Assembly: GCA_965277285.1 (NCBI GenBank)
Contig: OZ255721.1
Location: 3,648,001 to 3,712,000, forward strand
Length of the DNA stretch: 64,000 nucleotides
DNA from: Abditibacteriaceae bacterium
GTDB taxonomy: Bacteria; Armatimonadota; Abditibacteriia; Abditibacteriales; Abditibacteriaceae
Direction of reading: 5' to 3'
The notes under the pieces are model-generated. The model was not told the DNA's origin and made no database searches. It saw nothing but the letters and a program-made list of their open reading frames with translations. Position 1 is the stretch's first letter; every line of letters begins with the position of its first letter. The translations under genes were made by a program, and so were the position numbers. This document shows, in pieces, positions 10,188 through 18,926 of the stretch.

Positions 10188-10976
10188 GTGAATCAATCTT
10201 CTTTCGATGTTTTGCTTCCTGCGGGTGGGCGCATTCCCGAAGCGTGGGCCAAAAAAGCTGGTTCAGAAATAAAAACGCTGTTGACTTTCCACGACGAAAC
10301 GATTCTGCATCGCACCATCCGCATCTTGCGCGCAACTGATGGCATCGGTCGCATCGTCGTCATCGGGCCTGCGGAACTCCAAGAAGAAGCCCGCGACGCC
10401 AATGTCTTAATTCCCGAAGGCGCGACCGGCCCCGCTAACATTTTTCGCGGCTTGCAATGGTTGCAGGAAAACGATGAGGCCAATCGAGTACTCGATCATC
10501 GCGTGTTGGTGATGACCACCGATTTGCCCTTTGTGACTTCTCAAGCGATTCAGCAGTTCCTCGAAGCGTGCCCGCCAGAAACCGATATTTGCGTCCCGAT
10601 TGTCGAACGCGCGTCCTTTGAACAACGCTTTCCTGCGGCATCTGGTTTCTGGGTGCCTTTGGGCGGTCAACAATGGACTTTGGCGTGTGCTTTTTTGCTG
10701 CGTGTCGAATCAATGGTGCAAAGCCGCGCGCACATCGAGCGCATTTTCGCGGCGCGCAAAAGCCAATTGCAAATGGCGCGCTTGCTCGGCCCAATGTTTA
10801 TCGCGCGTTTGGTGACGAAACGCTTGACCATCGCGCATATTCAAAATCGTTGCGAATCGGTGTTAGGTTGTCGCGGACAAGTTATCGAAAACGCCGCGCC
10901 CGAACTCGCATTCGACATCGACGACGAAATCGCTTATCGTTACGCGATGCAGCACACCAACGAACCCGAAGCGTAA
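10188..10976 (+). CDS. MobA-like NTP-transferase domain protein
   Basis: LPAGG, K.LL, TTDLPF, ELAFDIDD; GTG start inferred. Confidence 0.8.
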   Translation: MNQSSFDVLLPAGGRIPEAWAKKAGSEIKTLLTFHDETILHRTIRILRATDGIGRIVVIGPAELQEEARDANVLIPEGATGPANIFRGLQWLQENDEANRVLDHRVLVMTTDLPFVTSQAIQQFLEACPPETDICVPIVERASFEQRFPAASGFWVPLGGQQWTLACAFLLRVESMVQSRAHIERIFAARKSQLQMARLLGPMFIARLVTKRLTIAHIQNRCESVLGCRGQVIENAAPELAFDIDDEIAYRYAMQHTNEPEA

Positions 10977-11026
10977 GCGAGGAAGTTCACACAAATTATC
11001 TCCCTCGCTTACGCTTCGGGTTCGTT
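10958..11026. repeat. REP doublet, AACCCGAAGCGTAAGCGA family
   Basis: caacgaacccgaagcgtaagcgagg ... cctcgcttacgcttcgggttcgttg. Confidence 0.85.
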
Positions 11027-11060
11027 GATTCAGGTTCGGTGGTTTCAGGAAACTTAATTT

Positions 11061-12437
11061 ATGATTCGCAATCCTTCGACGCGCGATTACGTGGGCATCT
11101 CGATTTTCTGGCTGGCGGTTTCGTTTTTCTGGGGCGCGCTTCTTTACAGCGTTTTGCAATCGCGCGTGCAAAGCTTTGTCGAAATCGAGTACTCGAAAGC
11201 GCATCCGACCTACATTGCACCGACAACGCCGGCCAAAGACGGCGTGGAAGCGCCCGCGCAAAAAGAAATCGAAGCCTTACAAGCGAGCAAGTTGAGTTGG
11301 CTGTTGGGAATCGGCGCGCTAATTTCGATGGTCACGCAACTGGTTTTCGGTGCTCTCTCCGATAACACGCGCAGCCGCTGGGGACGACGTAAACCGTTTC
11401 TGGTCGCGGGAACGTTGCTCGCCAGTCTGGGCGTGTTCGCGTTTCCCTACGCGCACAATTACGCGCAACTTTTTGCGGTCTTCTTATGGATTCAAGTCTT
11501 TATCAACGTCGCATCGGGACCATATTCGGCTTTGCTGCCCGACTTGATTCCCTTTGAATATCATGGGAAAGCCTCGGCGTTCATGGGATTCCTGCAACTT
11601 ATCGGACGCACCGGCGGCATGGTTGCGGGCGCCAAAGCCTTGCAAACGGACAACCTGCTGCTTTTAACGATTTCGTTTTTGGTTTTGCTGAACGGCTTGA
11701 TGTTGACAACCGCGCTGATGACGCACGAAAACCCGACAAACAACAAATCGAGTACGGGAAGTTTCGCGCACACGCTGACCGGCATTTTTCGCGTCGATTT
11801 GCACGGACACAGCAGCTTTGTGTGGGTTTTGGTGTCGCGCTTTGTGATCAATACGGGCGTTTATACGATTTTGCCGTTTCTGCTTTATTATCTGATGAAT
11901 TGTTACGGCCTGACCAAGAACGACGCGCTGGGACAACTGGTGATTATCGCGCTTCTGGTCAACTTTATGGGCTTGCTCGCAACATTTCCCGCGGGTTTGG
12001 TCAGCGACCGCACCTCGAAAAAGAACGTGATTTACGCGACATGCGTGTTGTGTGTAGCGGGCGGTTTGGGATTTGTGTTCTCGCACTCGATCACCTTCGC
12101 CCTGGTTGCGGCGGGCGTTTTCGGCCTGGGTTACGGCGCGTTTTCGGCGGTCGATTGGGCGCTGGTTTGTAACGTGTTACCCGAAGGTGAACCCGCTAAA
12201 TATATGGGTTTGTGGAGTTGCGCCGATACGATTCCGCAAATCGTGGCGCCGTTCATGGGTAGCGCCGTCGCCGCCTGGACGATTGCGCATTACAACGCGT
12301 CCGTTGGCTACCGCGCCGTCATGTTCACCGCAATTGTATGGTTCGTGCTGGGCACGTTTTTCATTCGTTTCGTGAAAGAACGCGGCAGTCAAAATGTAGA
12401 AAACGTCGCGCCGGATGTCATCGCGGAAGTGGTTTGA
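11061..12437 (+). CDS. MFS transporter (GPH/sugar-like)
   Basis: ~12 TM helices; GALSDNTRSRWGRRKPF and GLVSDR motif A copies. Confidence 0.9.
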   Translation: MIRNPSTRDYVGISIFWLAVSFFWGALLYSVLQSRVQSFVEIEYSKAHPTYIAPTTPAKDGVEAPAQKEIEALQASKLSWLLGIGALISMVTQLVFGALSDNTRSRWGRRKPFLVAGTLLASLGVFAFPYAHNYAQLFAVFLWIQVFINVASGPYSALLPDLIPFEYHGKASAFMGFLQLIGRTGGMVAGAKALQTDNLLLLTISFLVLLNGLMLTTALMTHENPTNNKSSTGSFAHTLTGIFRVDLHGHSSFVWVLVSRFVINTGVYTILPFLLYYLMNCYGLTKNDALGQLVIIALLVNFMGLLATFPAGLVSDRTSKKNVIYATCVLCVAGGLGFVFSHSITFALVAAGVFGLGYGAFSAVDWALVCNVLPEGEPAKYMGLWSCADTIPQIVAPFMGSAVAAWTIAHYNASVGYRAVMFTAIVWFVLGTFFIRFVKERGSQNVENVAPDVIAEVV

Positions 12438-12454
12438 AATTGAGGATTGTCGAA

Positions 12455-12850
12455 ATGGCGCGTTATTGGAAGGAAAAGTTAGACGTTGAAAAACACGTAG
12501 ATTACATGAAGACATATCATGTTGGTGGTTTTTCCGTCGGTGATTTCATTGGCGCGCCATTGCGCGATAATCTCAACGAGCATTGGGTTTATTTTATTCA
12601 TGTTTGCTCGTTTACATTCCACTTCCAATCGCTGCGACAAATAGAAGAATATCTCGGGTATTTCTCACAGAAGATTCATCCCAGTTCGATGGTGCCGAAT
12701 GTGAACCTGGAGCATTATTGGCAAAACTGGCAACAGAGATTTCCCTATTGGCTGTTTGAAGAGCCGAAACGCAAGCGTGTTGTTCAGGCTTTGCAAAGAG
12801 CTTCGAACTCCTTCGAGAAGCAAGCGAAGGCTTCATCTATAAATAGCTGA
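12455..12850 (+). CDS. Hypothetical protein
   Basis: MARYWKEK...; globular, AT-richer ORF. Confidence 0.65.
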   Translation: MARYWKEKLDVEKHVDYMKTYHVGGFSVGDFIGAPLRDNLNEHWVYFIHVCSFTFHFQSLRQIEEYLGYFSQKIHPSSMVPNVNLEHYWQNWQQRFPYWLFEEPKRKRVVQALQRASNSFEKQAKASSINS

Positions 12851-12896
12851 CAATCGAGATATACCAAGCTACAAGTTCGGGGTTCTGGAATGTATC

Positions 12897-13145
12897 TTAT
12901 TTGTCGGGTTCGGCTAAAATGGCGAAGTCTGTGTTACGGCTAAACTCCGCCGCGCCGCAAAATATCCGTCCTTAAGGGCACCGGCCTGACTGCCCATCAG
13001 CAAGGCTTGCACGCCATTCGTCCGCATCGAAGAAAGGACTTTGCGTATCGGGTTCGGGATCAAGCGAGCCTCCAAGTGCCAGATAAGCCGCCCATTCCGC
13101 GTCGCACACGTCGTCAGGTTGCAATTGTTTCGGTTGTTCGCTCAT
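12897..13145 (-). pseudogene. Remnant of a small protein + nucleotidyltransferase gene pair
   Basis: 12972-13145 encodes ...YLALGGSLDPEPDTQSPFF; an overlapping frame from 13063 gives IPNPIRKVLSSM...ALLMGSQA, then after a frameshift GAAEFSRNTDFAILA and a stop. Confidence 0.55.
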
Positions 13146-13198
13146 AAGTCCTCATTTTGGCAATCGAGTACTCGATTGTGCTGTGTTGACGAACGCGT

Positions 13199-13735
13199 TC
13201 AATCCATGGAAAGTAGCATGATTTGCTGTGCGGCTACGGCTTCGGCAAAAAAACGCACGATGAACGAATAAGTGTTCAACAGGATTTCCCAATCATCGTC
13301 TGATTCATCCGTCCAATTATCTTCTTGCGCGTAGATTTCGACATCGCCGCGCGCCTCGAAATTCGCGCGCAATATACTTTCGGGCGTTTGCGCCAAGGCT
13401 TGCGAGATTTCCTGCACTTCTGTAGGCGTTAAGAAACGAATAGGGCCGTAGCTACATTCCCATTCAGTCGGCGTGCCGCCCATCACGACTTTGTGTAGAG
13501 GCGACGCGTTTTCGCTGCCAAACTCGATTTCGCCGGTTAGCAAATAATGAATCGCCTCCCACTCTTTTTCGATGCGCAAACGTGTTGCAGATGAATCAAA
13601 ATCATCATTGTAAACGCTCATGCCGTCGTACGCGTGTTCGCCGTAGAAAAACTCTTGCGTGGCCTCGGAATCAATTTTCAATTCCTCAAACTTCGCGGGC
13701 GATAAACGCCGATAGCTCATTGTGATGCTCATCAA
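13199..13735 (-). CDS. YfbM/DUF1877 family protein
   Basis: IEKEWEAIHYLLTG, YGPIRFLTP.EV.EI..AL, acidic composition. Confidence 0.8.
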   Translation of the reverse strand: MMSITMSYRRLSPAKFEELKIDSEATQEFFYGEHAYDGMSVYNDDFDSSATRLRIEKEWEAIHYLLTGEIEFGSENASPLHKVVMGGTPTEWECSYGPIRFLTPTEVQEISQALAQTPESILRANFEARGDVEIYAQEDNWTDESDDDWEILLNTYSFIVRFFAEAVAAQQIMLLSMD

Positions 13736-13815
13736 TTTCTCCTTTGTCGGTTGATTCTAACTCTTCTATCACAGAATTAAAAAGCTCGATGCACGAATAC
13801 TTTATACTTCTAACT

Positions 13816-15150
13816 GTGACTTTTCCCTCTAATCGAGTACTCGATCTTCAATCGGCTGCCGCGCAAACGCCTTTGTTTCGCAAAGTGCGCGAAGTGGCGC
13901 GTGTTTGTGCCGCTCGTGGCGGGCGCGCGTTGGTTGTCGGCGGTTGGGTGCGCGATGCGTTGTTGGGTTTGAATCCCAAAGATGCGGATGTGGAAGTTTA
14001 TGGTTTGCAGCCCGAAGAATTGCGGCGTGCTTTGCAGAAATTGGGGCGCGTCGGTTGCGTCGGCGAAAGTTTTCGCGTTTACAAATTGACGTGGCACGAA
14101 GACAAACTTCGTCACGAACTCGATGTCTCAATTCCACGCCGCGACCGCAAAACCTCAAGCGGACACAAAGGTTTTGAAATCGAAGGCGATCCGTTTGCCA
14201 GCGTTGAAGACGCCGCGCGTCGCCGCGATTTTTCGCTGAATGCGATTTTATGCGATCCATTAACCGGCGAAATTCTCGACCCGTTTGAAGGACAAAACGA
14301 TTTGCAGCACCGAACTTTGCGCGCGGTGGATGCCCAACATTTCGGCGAAGATTCGTTGCGCGTTTTGCGTGCTATGCAGTTCGCCGCAAGGTTCGATTTG
14401 GAAGTGGACGAACAAACCACGCAAATCTGTCGCGCCATTGATTTGCGCGATTTGCCGCGCGAACGCGTTTGGGGCGAATGGGAAAAATTGTTGCTGTCGA
14501 AAAATCCAGCGCGCGGTTTGCTTGTCGCGCAACAACTTCGAGGACTCGAACAACTTTTCCCGTACCTCGAAATCGCCTTGCAACGTCGTGGCAAAATGTT
14601 GTGTTCGGCTTTGGACAACGCGGCAAACGAGAAAAACGTGTTGGACAAGCCGCGCCAAATCGCCTTGATGTTGGCGACCATCGGCAGTTTTGTGGGTTGG
14701 AAGAGCACGAAGCAATTCTTAGATGACTTGAATATTTACACGTTGGACGGCTACGACATTCGCAAAAACGTGGTGCTTTTAGTTGGTGAACGCAAACGCG
14801 CGCGCGATTGGTTTCGGCGCGAAGAAAACGGCAATCGAGTACTCGATAAAGAATTTCGCTGGCTCAGTGCGCGCGTTCAGCCGCGAATGGTTTATCATTT
14901 GAATCGCGCGCGTGGCGATGTCGAAGCGGCGGAATGGTTCTGGAATCGTGTGTGTGAACTGGGCGTTGAAGACGCGCCGCCCGCGCCGCTGTTGATGGGA
15001 CGGCATCTTTTGGAAATGGGATTGAAGCCTGGCCCACAAATCGGCCAAATCACGCAAACCGTTTATGCTGCGCAACTGGCGGGCGAACTTTCGACTTTAG
15101 AAGAAGCGAAAGCGTGCGCAATTCGAGTACTCGAATGCGCAAACATTTAG
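13816..15150 (+). CDS. cca: Class II tRNA nucleotidyltransferase (CCA-adding/poly(A) polymerase family)
   Basis: VGGWVRDALLG..KDADVEV, RRDFSLNA, EDSLRVLRAMQFAARF, ERVWGEWEKLL, GLKPGPQIG; start inferred. Confidence 0.88.
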   Translation: MTFPSNRVLDLQSAAAQTPLFRKVREVARVCAARGGRALVVGGWVRDALLGLNPKDADVEVYGLQPEELRRALQKLGRVGCVGESFRVYKLTWHEDKLRHELDVSIPRRDRKTSSGHKGFEIEGDPFASVEDAARRRDFSLNAILCDPLTGEILDPFEGQNDLQHRTLRAVDAQHFGEDSLRVLRAMQFAARFDLEVDEQTTQICRAIDLRDLPRERVWGEWEKLLLSKNPARGLLVAQQLRGLEQLFPYLEIALQRRGKMLCSALDNAANEKNVLDKPRQIALMLATIGSFVGWKSTKQFLDDLNIYTLDGYDIRKNVVLLVGERKRARDWFRREENGNRVLDKEFRWLSARVQPRMVYHLNRARGDVEAAEWFWNRVCELGVEDAPPAPLLMGRHLLEMGLKPGPQIGQITQTVYAAQLAGELSTLEEAKACAIRVLECANI

Positions 15151-15202
15151 TTCAGTGGAAATAAATTATGGTGGCGGTTCAATCGGGTTCGCCAAGCTCA
15201 AT

Positions 15203-16108
15203 TTACAAGCGCAGCCAGTTTTCGGGAACGACATCGGAATAATCTTTGTCGTCGTTGAACCAGATGCGCGGTGCGTAAACGCGCTTGTGCGGATCGGGAT
15301 TGAGCCACGCGCCCCACCAACTGAAAGTGCTGTTGGCGATGATGTGATGACGGCAACTTTTCATCAAGTGCAATTCTTCAACGTCAGTGAGAACGCCGTC
15401 TTCATTGACGTAAACCATGCGATGCGGCGATTGAAAATGCTGTTTGACCCACGCCACATCGTCGCTGAAAACGTAAAACGTCGCGTCTTCGACGTGTTGC
15501 GCCATGTCTTTTACAGCATTCTGATAATAATCCAGCGGATTGCGCATCTCGAATTTGTTCAATCCGACATAATCGCCGCGCCGAAAATGAACGGAAACGG
15601 CGCGCGTTCGACCAATCTTTTCCAGTACTCGATCGGTGTTTTTCAGATATTCGGCTTTGATTTGCAGGTCGCGCCGGATGGTCGATTCGATGCCGAGAAA
15701 ATACTTTTCGCTTTGCCAGAAACCTATCAGACGAACCGGCGCTTCGAGATCGAGAAGCGCGGCATCGAAGCGCGGACTTTTTTCCCAGAACAAAGGCGCC
15801 GAAACCAAAGGCCGTCGCCACAAGCGAGAACGCAACTGGCGCGCGACGCGGCGTGCCAGACTTCTCTGGGCTGGCGGCAATTTGAAATGCGAGCGCATCT
15901 CTGTTTCCGCCGATGAAGCGAAGTTCAAGTCGTCGATTTCCCGACAATCGACATTGAAGTGGAATAATTGCGGATGCCGCTGCCGATGACATTGGAACAA
16001 TCCGTAATCGACGGTCAACGTTTCGTTGTTGCGCATGGCGAGATGTTTTCCAACGGCATATTGAAAAAGCTGATTGCCCAAACCGCCAACGATGCAAGAA
16101 ATAATCAT
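15203..16108 (-). CDS. Alpha-1,2-fucosyltransferase (GT11)
   Basis: GGLGNQLFQYA, GFWQSEKYF, VSVHFRRGDY, IIANSTFSWWGAWL. Confidence 0.93.
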   Translation of the reverse strand: MIISCIVGGLGNQLFQYAVGKHLAMRNNETLTVDYGLFQCHRQRHPQLFHFNVDCREIDDLNFASSAETEMRSHFKLPPAQRSLARRVARQLRSRLWRRPLVSAPLFWEKSPRFDAALLDLEAPVRLIGFWQSEKYFLGIESTIRRDLQIKAEYLKNTDRVLEKIGRTRAVSVHFRRGDYVGLNKFEMRNPLDYYQNAVKDMAQHVEDATFYVFSDDVAWVKQHFQSPHRMVYVNEDGVLTDVEELHLMKSCRHHIIANSTFSWWGAWLNPDPHKRVYAPRIWFNDDKDYSDVVPENWLRL

Positions 16109-16187
16109 AAACTGTCCATCACTCAAAAGAACGTCTTCGATGGTAACACTTTCAGGCACATCGAGTACTCGATTCAAGATAACTCAA

Positions 16188-17546
16188 ATGCGAAATCTTT
16201 CAATTATTGGCGGCGGTTTGGCGGGTTGCGAAGCCGCGTGGCAAGCCGCGCAAAACGGCGCGCAAGTCGTGCTGTATGAAATGCGTCCGACGCGGCAAAC
16301 CAAAGTGCACCAAACCGGCGACCTGGCCGAACTGGTTTGCTCCAATTCGCTGAAATCGAACTTGTTGGACAAAGCAAGCGGACTTCTCAAATGGGAAATG
16401 CGGCAATTGGATTCGCTTCTTATTCGCTGCGCCGACGAAAGTTCGGTCAATGCCGGAAGCGCGCTCGCCGTTGACCGCATCAAGTTCGCGCAACTGATTA
16501 CACAACGTTTGGAAGCGCATCCCAGTATCGAAATTCGGCGCGAGGAAGTGACGCAAATTCCCGAAACGCCGTGCATTGTGGCGTCGGGGCCGCTGACTTC
16601 CGAAGCGTTAGCGGACAGCATTAATCGAGTACTCGATGGCGAGTTTCTCAACTTCTTCGATGCGGTTTCGCCGATTGTCGACGCCGATACATTGGATTAC
16701 GAAACGTTGTTTCTCGCCTCGCGCTACGAAAAAGGCGAAGCGGCGTATTGGAACGCGGCGCTTTCAGAAGAAAAATACGACGAATTGCGCGAGGCGATTT
16801 TGTCGGCGGAACTTGCGGAAAGTCACAACGAAGACGACGTGCCGTATTTTGAAAGCTGTCTGCCGATTGAAGAACTGGCGCGGCGCGGGCGTTTGACGAT
16901 GCGTTATGGCGCGTTGCGCGGCGCCGGCTTGACCGACCCGGAAACCGGACGCTGGCCGTTCGCCTGCGTGCAATTGCGCTCCGAAAACGTGGAAAACACG
17001 ATGTATAACCTGGTCGGCTTTCAAACGCGCTTGAAGTGGCCGGAACAAACGCGTATTTTGCGCTTGATTCCTGGCCTGCAAAACGTCGAAATTGTGCGCT
17101 TTGGTGTGATTCACAAAAATATTTTTATCAATTCGCCGCAGGTTTTGCGCGCGACGTTTCAATCGAAGATGCGCGACGATTTGTTCTTCGCCGGACAACT
17201 GACGGGCGTTGAAGGTTACGTCGAAAGCGCGGCGGCGGGACTTATGGCGGGAATCAACGCCGGTCGAATACTTGATGGGCGCCAAGCCTTAATTTTTCCA
17301 CGCGAAACCGTTTTAGGTTCGCTGTCTCATTATATTACGCAAGCCGATGCGAAACATTTTCAGCCAATGAACTCGAACTGGGCGTTGATGGCACCGCCCG
17401 AAAGTTGGTCGGACACGATGCCCAATGGCAAGAAACGCAAGGTCAGCAAAGATCAAAAAGCCGAACATTTTGTGACGAGTTCGCAGCAAACGTTGCAGAA
17501 CTTCATTGAAGAAAACCAGTTGCAACGTCAAAATGCGACGGTTTGA
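16188..17546 (+). CDS. trmFO: Folate/FAD-dependent tRNA m5U54 methyltransferase TrmFO
   Basis: IIGGGLAGCEAAWQ, AELVCSNSL, FFDAVSPIV, YNLVGFQT, FAGQLTGVEGYVES. Confidence 0.96.
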   Translation: MRNLSIIGGGLAGCEAAWQAAQNGAQVVLYEMRPTRQTKVHQTGDLAELVCSNSLKSNLLDKASGLLKWEMRQLDSLLIRCADESSVNAGSALAVDRIKFAQLITQRLEAHPSIEIRREEVTQIPETPCIVASGPLTSEALADSINRVLDGEFLNFFDAVSPIVDADTLDYETLFLASRYEKGEAAYWNAALSEEKYDELREAILSAELAESHNEDDVPYFESCLPIEELARRGRLTMRYGALRGAGLTDPETGRWPFACVQLRSENVENTMYNLVGFQTRLKWPEQTRILRLIPGLQNVEIVRFGVIHKNIFINSPQVLRATFQSKMRDDLFFAGQLTGVEGYVESAAAGLMAGINAGRILDGRQALIFPRETVLGSLSHYITQADAKHFQPMNSNWALMAPPESWSDTMPNGKKRKVSKDQKAEHFVTSSQQTLQNFIEENQLQRQNATV

Positions 17547-17551
17547 ACGTT

Positions 17552-17640
17552 CGTAGAGCGCACGGCGTGCGTCCGTTAGTGGCAATGTTCACGGCGTTTG
17601 GGAAAGCGCAATGCTCAGGGCGCACGCCGTGCGCTCCCAC
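17552..17640. repeat. GTAG-type REP doublet
   Basis: gtagagcgcacggcgtgcgtcc ... gggcgcacgccgtgcgctcccac. Confidence 0.7.
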
Positions 17641-17653
17641 CTCAAAACTTCAA

Positions 17654-18709
17654 ATGCACTCTCATCTCGATCATTTCATGCGCTATCTTGAAGACGCCAA
17701 AGGCGCGTCGCCCCACACTTTGCGTTCGTATTCCTCCGATTTGAATCAGTTCATTGCGTGGCTGGAAGCTGAAAAACTGGTGCCCGCCGATGCCGCGCCC
17801 GACACCGTCTCATATCTGATGATTCGGCGTTATTTGGGACATTTGACGCAAAAAGGCTACGAGCGCCGCAGTGTTTTGCGCAAATTGTCGAGCATCAAGG
17901 CGTGGTTCAAATGGATGGAACGCGAGGGCGCGGTCGTCAATAATCCGGCGGATGCCGTGCTTTCTCCCAAAAGTTCGCGCGACTTGCCCGACGTTTTGAC
18001 GATGAGCGAAGTCGAAGCGATGCTGGCATTGCCCAATTCGAGTACTGGATTTGGCGTTCGTGACCGCGCTTTAATGGAAACGCTTTATGCGACGGGTTTG
18101 CGCGTGGCCGAATGCGCCGCGATGACCTTGGGCGATGTCGATTGGCACATGGGCGAAGTGCGCGTCAAAGGCGGCAAAGGACAAAAAGAACGCATTGTTT
18201 TATTGGGACGACCCGCTGTAGCCGCCTTGAACCTTTACTTGAACGGAGCGCGTCCGCAATTGATGGCGCGGCGCCAGGACGAACTCGCGGCGACGGCGGA
18301 TGCGTTGTGGATCAACAGTCGCGGCACAAGGCTTTCGCCGCACGCGATTTATATTTTGGTTGTCGGATATGCTCGGCGCGCCGGAATTCATAAAAACGTG
18401 ACGCCGCATACATTGCGCCATTCCTGCGCCACGCATTTGCTGGAAGGGGGCGCTGATTTGCGCGTGGTGCAGGAAATTTTGGGACATACGTCGCTTTCGA
18501 GTACTCAAATTTATACGCACGTCGGCGCCTCGCATCTCAAAAAAGTTTATGCGCAAAGCCATCCGCGCGCCGCGCTTGAAAAATCAGCGAACACTTTGCC
18601 GCACCACGTTTTGCCGCACCACGTTTTGAATGAGGGTTCACCCGTTCCACCAACGACATATCCAACGACACCTTCAGCGACGCATGACGAAGATTTCAAT
18701 TCGTTTTAA
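17654..18709 (+). CDS. xerC: Tyrosine recombinase XerC
   Basis: TGLRVAE, GKGQKER, HTLRHS, LGH...STQIY catalytic residues; trmFO-xerC synteny. Confidence 0.88.
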   Translation: MHSHLDHFMRYLEDAKGASPHTLRSYSSDLNQFIAWLEAEKLVPADAAPDTVSYLMIRRYLGHLTQKGYERRSVLRKLSSIKAWFKWMEREGAVVNNPADAVLSPKSSRDLPDVLTMSEVEAMLALPNSSTGFGVRDRALMETLYATGLRVAECAAMTLGDVDWHMGEVRVKGGKGQKERIVLLGRPAVAALNLYLNGARPQLMARRQDELAATADALWINSRGTRLSPHAIYILVVGYARRAGIHKNVTPHTLRHSCATHLLEGGADLRVVQEILGHTSLSSTQIYTHVGASHLKKVYAQSHPRAALEKSANTLPHHVLPHHVLNEGSPVPPTTYPTTPSATHDEDFNSF

Positions 18710-18926
18710 ATGGCGAAACGACGAAAGCTCAATGAAAGCCAAGAGCGTGCTATAATGCGTTGATATAACTTCATAAACCGACTGAGAATATTGGGTGTAT
18801 GCGGGCAAAGCGGGAACAGTTGGCATCTTTGTGGTAAAGACAAAGTGCGGGTTCTCGGATGTCGTCGCGTTTCCGATGCTGCCAGTATTATTTCGCGTCG
18901 TTTTTCGAGTTGCTGTTTTCACTGTT

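Noticed and set aside
16074..16187. Overlapping N-terminal extensions of trmFO and the GT11 gene
   Set aside because: Family motifs start at 16188 and 16108; the extensions are just open intergenic sequence.
17654..18709. Tyrosine recombinase as a prophage or integron integrase, or as the palindrome's enzyme
   Set aside because: Typical XerC in trmFO-xerC synteny; no IntI-specific insertion, no phage genes and nothing linking it to the motif.
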